A DNA stretch of 64,000 nucleotides. It comes from Octopus sinensis. Taxonomy: Eukaryota. Of this stretch, positions 54,791-64,000 are shown in pieces. The notes below the pieces were generated by a model, which had not been told where the DNA came from, did no database searches, and worked only from the letters and a program-made list of their open reading frames with translations. Numbering within the stretch: position 1 is the stretch's first letter; each line of letters begins with the position of its first letter. The stretch covers positions 21,771-85,770 of the forward strand of contig NW_021833055.1 in the NCBI RefSeq assembly GCF_006345805.1, in the 5' to 3' direction. A program made the translations under genes and the position numbers.

Positions 54791-55395
54791 GTCATAGTGG
54801 TAACTATGCACGCTATCTATGGCTGTGGTGAAGCATACAATGCGATTGAGTAATAATAATAAAGGAAACTTGCGACAATGATATTTAACGATGACCCGAC
54901 AGCAGTGAGCCATGCGAGACCAGTAATTACAATACTGTCAACAGAGACTAGGCTGGTGTGTCTCGCTAATAATAAAAATATTGACGATTAAACGAACGAC
55001 GGTGTTAGAAACGAAGAGGGAGAACAGAGGAAGAAAGACACGGAACGTATCGATGAAAGATGACGGAGACGGAGACGAACTTGCGTAGGAGACGATCTCT
55101 ATAGAAATAAATGTAGAAAAGATAGCGTTAAAAATTAATATATTATGATAATAAATATGATCAGAACAGTAACCATTATTTTTGATGCTGTTGTTAATAT
55201 TATCATTGATAATATTATTCTTGTTGATAATATTGATTTAAAATTTTTGACACAAGGTCAGAAAATGCAGGAGAAGGAACAAGACCCTCACGTCGATTCC
55301 AGGACTCATGTAGGGCTAAATTTATTGACCCCGAAAGGGATGAAAGGCAGAGTGGGTCCCGGTGGAAGGTTATTCTTAATACTGTCTTTAACAAG

Positions 55396-55760
55396 AACGG
55401 AGATCTGGCAGAATCGTTAGTACGCCGGACGAAATGATTAGCGATATTTCGTATGCCGCTACGTTCTGAGTTCAAATTCCGACGAGGTCGACTTTGCCTT
55501 TCATCCTTTCGGGGTCGATTATATATGTACCAGTTACGCACTAGGGTCGATATAATCGACACTTAATAGGTTTGTCTGTCCTTGTTTGTCCTCTCTGTGT
55601 TTAACCCCTTTGTGGGTAGTAAAGAAATAAGTATTTCGTATGTCGTTACGTTCTGAGTTCGAATTCCACCGAGGTTGACTTTGCCTTTCATCTTTTCAGG
55701 GACGATTTAAAAGGTACCAGTTACGTAGTGGAGGGGGGTCTATGTAATTGTCTTAATCCC
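55396..55760 (+). mobile_element. Dimeric Meta-like SINE (second unit more diverged)
   Basis: Tail GTGGGTAGTAAAGAAATAA is joined directly to GTATTTCGTATGTCGTTACGTTCTGAGTTC at 55630/55631. Confidence 0.8.
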
Positions 55761-55800
55761 TTTGATTAACATTATGTTTGTTCTTCTTCTTGCATTGTTG

Positions 55801-55866
<66 letters not shown>

Positions 55867-55883
55867 TTAATACTACTACTACA

Positions 55884-55928
<45 letters not shown>

Positions 55929-57154
55929 GTTGTTGTTGTTCTTCTTCTTCTTCTTAAGGGAGAATTGTGAGAGTGCCGTACAAAATATTTAGTGGCACTG
56001 ATTACAAATTCCGCCGATGTAACTGTGCCCTTCATCTTTTCGGACTCGGTTAAATAAGTACCTGCTCAAACATGGGATCAATCTGATGGACATGCCTATA
56101 ATACTAAAATTGCTTCCCCTTTATCATCATCATCATATTTCTCTTTACCTACGTTTCCGGTCTTAAATCATTTTTAGTCTTTTCCTTACATTTTCCATAC
56201 TTTTGCCACAGAGCCTGCATTTCTGGGTATCATAACATTCATAGATGTTATACTTCACTGACGTGGTAGCGAGAGCCTGGACTTGTGCAGCAATGATGAG
56301 GCGTTCGGTGGTACGCTTCAAATCACTTCGATCAAGCCATGCCCACGATGCTGTATTATCCTTCTCGGTCTGTGTATTTCTTTCAAACTGCCATGCATTT
56401 TCATTTCATGTACTCTGCTTAAATGTCTCAAAATACTGAAGCCGATGCATTAACGATACAAGAAATTAGAAATCTTTCAATCGCATAATATACTGAAGTG
56501 TTTTACAAATTAATTTCGTTCTGATTTCCTACCATTTCGAGACATACACACACACAGACATGCACATTCGATATTGAACAAGCAATGAAAGGTATGGGCT
56601 GTGCTTAGTATTTCGTTTAAATGTGTACCTTTCACTCTGAAGCTTTACAAAGAATTCATTTTACAAAGAAATTCTTTTGTAAAATAAAAAAACCCACCTC
56701 TCCCTGTCTTTCTCTTCCAGGGTCGTTTTGTATGTATATTACATATGTTCATTCGTACATGTGCCTGCGCGCATGTGTGTAGGTTTGTATGAGTGCGTGC
56801 GCATGCGAGCTTGATTGTGTGTGTTGGTCTATGTGTGTTTGTGTGTGTGTATATGTGTGTCTGTGTGTGTGTTTGTATTTTACATTTATTGGTAGAATTC
56901 ATTTGAAAAATTTTGTAGGCTTTCAGAGCCTTGAAATATAACAGAAACTGGTTGTTTATCATTAGTTATTCCTTCACACATAAGCACACACACACACACA
57001 CACACACTCACATACATGCACAGAGGTGTGATCGAGAGAGATAAAGAGAGAAACAGTGCTACATAGAAAATCACATAATGGCATAAAAAAATATATTCAG
57101 AGACGCATACACACACATCCGGAAAGCGAAACGGTATAAACGCATACAGCGATG

Positions 57155-58325
57155 CAAAGACTCGCACAAACGCCTACACATCAAGACACCACCAAACGCC
57201 TACACATCAAAGACTCACACAAACGCCTACACATCAAGACACACACAAACAAACCCACATCAAGACTCACACAAACGCTACACATCAAGACACACACAAA
57301 CGCCTACACATCAAGACTCTCGCACAAACGCCTACACATCAAGACACACACAAACGCCTACACATCAAGACTCGCACAAACGCCTACACATCAAGACACA
57401 CACAAACGCCTACACATCAAGACACACACAAACGCCTACACATCAAGACACACACAAACGCCTACACATCAAGACTCACACAAACGCCTACACATCAAGA
57501 CACACACAAACGCCTACACATCAAGACTCGCACAAACGCCTACACATCAAGACACACACAAACGCCTACACATCAAGACTCGCACAAACGCCTACACATC
57601 AAGACACACACAAACGCCTACACATCAAGACTCACACAAACGCCTACACATCAAGACACACACAAACGCCTACACATCAAGACTCACACAAACGCCTACA
57701 CATCAAGACAACACACAAACAAACGCCTACACATCAAGACACACACAACGCCTACACTCAAGACTCGCCACAAACGCCTACACATCAAGACACACACAAA
57801 CGCCTACACTCAGACTCGCACAAACGCCTACACATCAAGACACACACAAACGCCACACAATCAAGACTCACACAACGCCTACACATCAAGACAACAAACG
57901 AACCCTACACAACAAGACTCACACACAAACGCCTACACATCAAGACACACACAAAAACGCCTACACATCAAGCACACACACAACGCTACACACATCAAGA
58001 CTCACACAAACGCCTACACAATCAAGACTCACACAAACGCCTACACATCAAGACTCGCACAAACGCCTCACATCAAGACACACACAAACGCCTACACATC
58101 AAGACTCACACAAACGCCTACACATCAATCACACAACACACAACGCTACACATCAAGACTCACACAAACGCCTACACATCAAGACACACACAAACGCCTA
58201 CACATCAAGACACACACAACGCCTAACATCTCAAGACTCACACAAACGCTACACATCAAGACTCACACAAACGCCTACACATCAAGAACACACACAAACG
58301 CCTACACATCAAGACTCACACAACC
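57155..58325. repeat. 26-bp minisatellite, ~45 copies
   Basis: Unit CAAGAC(A/T)C(A/G)CACAAACGCCTACACAT; regular to ~57700, indel-rich after that. Confidence 0.95.
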
Positions 58326-58493
58326 ATCCAAGAAACATATATAAACATCAATATACATTCCTACCGACTTTCGCTTAACTGGCTTTAATTGGAAAAAAAA
58401 CACAACTATATATTTATATATATGAGTATATAAATCCTATATGTGTATGTACATATACGTGTATAAACACATATATATACATATATATTATAT

Positions 58494-58526
<33 letters not shown>

Positions 58527-59205
58527 GCATATACATATATATGTATGTATATATATATACTTATACATTACATATACAAACATATAGACATACATACATT
58601 ATATATTTATATTTATATATATAATATTATATATAGTATGTATATATGATCATATAGAATGGAAGTGTAACTCTATGTTTATAAAGAAAAAGAGAGCTGA
58701 AAGGGAGCGTACAAGAATGATCGAAATTTAAAAAAAAAACTAAGGTTCTTATCAGAATCATGCTAAAATCAAACAAGAAAATAAACGAAAAAGAAAAGAA
58801 TGAGAAAGAGAATGAATGAACGCTGAATGAAGGAATTGTTAGAAAATAGCGAAAAAACCCAGAGAATTAATGTATAAAGCAAGCAAGACTCCAATCATTC
58901 CGAATACCAATCCCTGCAAATAATGCGCTTTGTCTATACACACACACACTCGTTAATGGATCAACACATACACACGCACAAATAAACGTGTGCGTGTGTG
59001 TGTATGTGTGTGTGTGTGTGTGCATATCCATATGTATATCGACATGTATTGCAACACCTATATATGTATTATAAAGTATAGGTTATATGTTACAGTGAGG
59101 GTGTATATGCGTGTTAAGAAGGCGGGGACCTGACAAGGCTGTAGTTAAGAGTTAAAACGCAATATAATATACACCTATATATATTTAATATATTATATAT
59201 TATAT

Positions 59206-59269
<64 letters not shown>

Positions 59270-59311
59270 TATACATACATACATACATACATATATATAT
59301 ATATATTATGC

Positions 59312-59361
<50 letters not shown>

Positions 59362-60356
59362 TATATATACACCTATATATATATATATACGTATATATGA
59401 GTGGGATTTCGAAGGCGGAAACAGTAAGAGAATCGGTTAATACGTGTATATATATATATATATATTATATTATATATATATATATATATATAATATATAG
59501 TTATGTGCATGCTTGTGCCTATATATGTTTGTATTGTTGTGCTGTTCTCTATATTTGTGTGCGAGGGTATATACTACTACGCATACACATCGACCACTTA
59601 TTCGATATAATTGATGATTATATGGGGAGATTTATGGCGTGGAAAACCAGGAAGCAAATCGAAGACATTTTAAATATTTGTTGACATTTCTTTTAGAATT
59701 TCATTTTTTAATATTTTCTTTACTATGTTTTCACATTCTGTATTATTTTTACTTCATTTTATTCTAATACTTTTTTTTTTAATTTACCAAATATCTTTTA
59801 ATACCGTAATTTTTCTGTTATTTAAATCTTCGTGTTTCACTTCATGGTAGCATTATTTTCAGCAATTTATTTCAATAAGCAATATTACAGTGTTTCTTTA
59901 AATCAAGCTGCATTGTTGAAAATACTAACAACGAAGGAAATAAAAAAAAAAAAAAACAGAATTTAGAAAGTACAAATATATCGCTGCCTAAAAGAAACAA
60001 AGATGAAATGAAACAAAATAATGGCGGATAAATAAATATAATACGCGCGAGTGTAAAGAAAGATGGATGTGAAGGAATGTAATGAAAAATATAAAAGCTG
60101 AGAGGTTTTGGTTAAGACAGTGTGAAGGCATCTTGGACATTAAAAATATTTATCGTCATTGGTTGGGGTTGGGCGTGGAATTTATTGAGTATTTAAAGAT
60201 AAGAAAACGATACGAAGACTAATATATGATGTGCATGGAGACATTTACCATGACGAACGGTGAACACGAATTTTTGTAATGCGCCCGCCCGCGTACATAC
60301 ATAAAAGAATATAACATACTTACATATATGTACTTATACAAACATGGCGACTATAA

Positions 60357-60400
<44 letters not shown>

Positions 60401-60406
60401 ATATAT

Positions 60407-60454
<48 letters not shown>

Positions 60455-60908
60455 TATATATGTATATATAAATATATATATAAATATAAATGTATTTATA
60501 TATAAATATATGTATATATATAATATATATATGTATATATATATATAATATATATGCTTATATATACATATATGTATCTCCACCATGGTGGCGGTCAAAG
60601 AATGATCAAGAAAAAAATAAAAGAATATGGGTTTATACTAGGTGTGTGTGTGTGTGTGCATATACATATGTGTGTGTGTATATATATATATATATGTATG
60701 TATATACATATATATATAGATAGATATTTAGATAGATAGATGGATAGATAGATATGTAGATAGATAATTAGATAGATAGATAAATAGTTAGATAGACAAA
60801 ACACATCTATAATGACTACTGGAAACAGATGTAAGTCAAATTTACACAAAGAAATATTTGATTTTGCCTCATTTTACACTTGTGAATGAATTTGTTTTTA
60901 TGTATGTG

Positions 60909-60979
<71 letters not shown>

Positions 60980-61028
60980 TGTGTGTGTGTGTATCTATCT
61001 ATCTATCTATCAATCAATCATATATATA

Positions 61029-61081
<53 letters not shown>

Positions 61082-61647
61082 CATACAACATACATATATA
61101 TACGTATGTGTATATATATATATACCTTTTTAATCTGTTTGCAGGAAACGTTTGAATATGAAAATAATGTTTCCATCCCTCGATGCTGACAAGACGTGAT
61201 CCATTGTTTTGGGATGGCATCCATCTATACAGATATACTATAGGATAAATGTAGTAATAATATCAACATCCATTGTATCGAATTCATAAACATCTAATGC
61301 ATCACTACGCATGTTTCTGCAAATTAGCGTCTCTTAAGATGGGTGCGAAGATTTATATAAACTCACGAGTTAATGCGGTGAGATGATATGCGTGCAACGT
61401 GTTAGATCTGCGATCATAACCAATGATATTTACTGAATCCAAAATTGGATATGCGTTCGTACTCTGGCGTATTTTGCACTTTTTGTTAAACGCATTTTAT
61501 TTTATTTTTTACTACAGAAATTGTTTCTGTGTACTTGCAGGTCAGGAAAACACATAAAGTTTGGTTGAATGCGTCCTTTACATCTCTCTATGGTATATCT
61601 TACAGCTATATGTTTATATTTCAAATATACATATATATATATATCTG

Positions 61648-61689
<42 letters not shown>

Positions 61690-61754
61690 CTATTATATAT
61701 CTATATATACCTATATATATATATATTATATATATATATATAGTATATATATAT

Positions 61755-61788
<34 letters not shown>

Positions 61789-61830
61789 CGATATCGATAC
61801 ATACATTATATGTATATAATATATATAATA

Positions 61831-61869
<39 letters not shown>

Positions 61870-61911
61870 ATGTGGTGTTGTGTATATGTGTGTGTGTGGG
61901 TGTATATATTA

Positions 61912-62180
61912 AAACTCGCCAAGAAGATTTTGAAACCACCTGAAGAATGTCTCAAAGATGTGCTGAAATAAGACATGAAACGATCGTAGTGGTTATTTAT
62001 AATTGTTAAATTTCTAAATTTATATAATTTATTTTATGTATTGCTTAAGTCTTTCTTTGTTTGATTTGCATAATAGTGGTTTTGTCTCTAATTTAATATA
62101 ATATAATATTTACCATAAAATTGGATTCAATCCTAAATCTGATTTTTCCCTGTAAATTGGATTTATACCCAATATTTATT
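61912..62180 (+). mobile_element. Penelope-like pseudo-LTR repeat with HHR, ending in (TA)n
   Basis: Colinear with the 22.6-23.0 kb element; shared blocks include TAATAGTGGTTTTGTCTCTAATTT and AAAATTGGATTCAATCCTAAATCTGATTTTTCC. HHR lies near the 5' end. Confidence 0.7.
61934..61994 (+). ncRNA. Minimal type I hammerhead ribozyme motif (Penelope/retrozyme type), apparently intact
   Basis: AACCAC-CTGAAGA(61940-61946)-ATGTCT..AGACAT-GAAA(61977-61980)-CGATC-GTA(61986-61988)-GTGGTT. Stem I is 6 bp and stem II is 6 bp. The catalytic core is canonical, ACGATCGT is a palindromic stem III, and the cleavage triplet is GUA. Confidence 0.85.
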
Positions 62181-62188
62181 ATATATAT

Positions 62189-62247
<59 letters not shown>

Positions 62248-62304
62248 ATATATATATATGTGTGTGGGTGTATATATATATATTCGACAGTACATATGTA
62301 TGCA

Positions 62305-63090
62305 TTTATGTGCATTAACTACAGTATTAGAGCATTTTAGCTCTTATTTCTCGCAATGTTAGGTGTTCTTACCTCTGAGTCTTATTTGGTGACAACTGTA
62401 GTTATCCTTTTTTGGTAAAACGCTGAAGACTACGGTCTAAGTTCAATTATCTTATACACTTTAGCGATTCGTTAAATCATCCATCGATTTTCATGTAAAA
62501 TACATATGTACTGCCAGAAAATCTAATCCGGAAAAAGCCGAGTCGAGCAGCCCCTGCTGATGAAGTTACGGAATTAGACGAAACTAACCCATCAGTATAG
62601 AGATATTGATGACTGGTGCTTTGGTGACTTGATGGCTTGATGACTAGTATAAATTTATACAATGATGTGCTTTCACAACAGCCCCCATACATATTTCTTG
62701 ACAATTATGCTATTCCATTTTAGTAAAATATTGCAGACTGCCGTCTAAATTGAATTGTTTACACATTAGCTATTTGATTAATCGTCCTTTTGATTTTTAT
62801 TGTGATTACATATGTATTAACAGAGGATTAAGTCCGGTATCTACTGAATCTAATCATACTCATTGCTGAGGCTACGGAAGTAGCCGAAACTGACCGATCT
62901 GTATAAGGATATCTGGACCGGTGTTTTCGGATGATTACAGTCCCGTTCAGTATATATGTGTATAAACTTATGTGCTTTTACTACAGCTCGAGAGCATTTT
63001 GGCGCCTATTTCTAGCAACGTAGGTGTTCTTAAACCTTCAGTCACATTTAGTGATAACTATACTTTTCTTTTTTGGTAATACATTGTGCA
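62305..63090 (+). repeat. Degenerate head-to-tail tandem repeat (~2.4 units of ~310-355 bp), each full unit carrying a decayed type I HHR (retrozyme-like)
   Basis: ATGTGC(A/T)TT..AC(T/A)ACAG recurs at ~62308, ~62665 and ~62970. AGACT..GTCTAA.TT.AATT recurs at ~62427 and ~62735. HHR cores lie at 62557-62597 and 62866-62903. Confidence 0.75.
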
Positions 63091-64000
63091 AGGTTGTCTA
63101 TATTAATTATATATGCGTGTGTGTGCGTCTGTGAGTGGGCGTGGGCATGCGTATGTGTGTATACTGAAAACCGTTGTCGGAAATGTGTTTTTCACTCACA
63201 TGGTGAATTGAAGAGATGATCATAGAAAGAAAATACACGGGGTGTATATCTTTTTATATGATAAAATATTTACTTCGACAACCGATTTCGGCTTTGCTAG
63301 GAATTAGTGAAAAATATTACGAAGTCGTGTTACCTTAATTTCTTTTTTTTTTTCTGTATGCTGTTACCAGGAATGTTGTTTCGTAAATGAATCAATAGCT
63401 AAATAAATCTAATTGGAGGTAATTAGTGATTGCTATTATTAGAAGCAAGGGAAGTTGATAACTGTTCTTGATGGAAGTGAATTAGTTGTTTTACATAAAT
63501 TTATGAATGAAAATCCATAATTGGTTTCGTAAATATATAGGCATCCTCACGGATTCTCTCTACCGTATTTACTCACAAGCAATCGGTTGGCCTTCGGATC
63601 TTGTAGAAATCCTCTGATCAATGTGGAATACAATGAGGCTGAATGTCTTTGCAAGGGCGAGCTTTTGATCGTATAGTCATATTGCGTGTATATATCTATA
63701 TATTATATATCTATATAATATATATGATAGCATACATATGAGCTTTTGAACATATAACCATATTTTGTGTGTGTGTGGATTATATATATATATATATATA
63801 TAATATATATATATATATATAAACTTAGATAAACTTAGATAAACTTAGATATGTTTCGATCAAAGATAGGTCCAGGCCATGTCTAACTTATAGCACCACC
63901 TGATAGGATAATGCGAATCCTGTTTAAGGCAAGTTTTGTTCAAGTAGTGAGTCTTGTTGGGTGAGTTGTATCCAATTATGGGTGGCTTATCTGGTATTCT

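Noticed and set aside
53677-54913. Poly-His/Met/Ile/Asp ORFs suggesting metal-binding or biomineral proteins
   Set aside because: They are translations of degenerate (GAT)n/(GGT)n repeats, open in several frames on both strands with no unique domain.
57152-58378. 408-aa ORF, the longest in the window
   Set aside because: It lies entirely in a 26-bp minisatellite lacking stop codons; the protein cycles through the three frames of the unit.
60015-60355. YY1-like ATGGCG motifs and a GC box suggesting a promoter
   Set aside because: Short motifs are expected by chance in 64 kb, and there is no associated exon or CpG-rich island.

Overview
AT-rich, repeat-dense eukaryotic DNA. The SINE families, the abundant (TA)n/(GATA)n/(TAA)n microsatellites and the LINE remnants match what I recognise from octopus (coleoid cephalopod) genomes; this species call is inference. 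I found no convincing host protein-coding exon, rRNA, real tRNA gene or CRISPR array. Almost all listed ORFs, including the 408-aa one at 57.2-58.4 kb, are translations of simple or tandem repeats. The window holds many tRNA-derived SINEs of at least three families and decayed pieces of Dong/R4-like, CR1-group, RTE-like and L1/Tx1-like LINEs. It also holds two mariner transposases, a Penelope-like GIY-YIG remnant, an internally deleted Ty3/gypsy-like LTR element, a Helitron-like non-autonomous element and a MITE-like element with internal (CCCTAA)n. The most notable hidden layer is a set of hammerhead ribozyme (HHR) motifs. Two near-intact minimal type I HHRs with a palindromic stem III (22.8 kb, 61.9 kb) lie in a (TA)n-flanked Penelope-LTR-like repeat, and one of them is enclosed in a ~115-bp inverted repeat. 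A decayed head-to-tail ~310-355-bp array at 62.3-63.1 kb has a two-copy consensus that rebuilds a canonical type I HHR (retrozyme-like). A second repeat family carries a variant HHR-like core (23.9 and 44.4 kb). Also notable are a SINE tetramer inside one 16-bp TSD and two SINE/LINE 3'-tail pairings. Motif coordinates were counted by eye; element boundaries are approximate.
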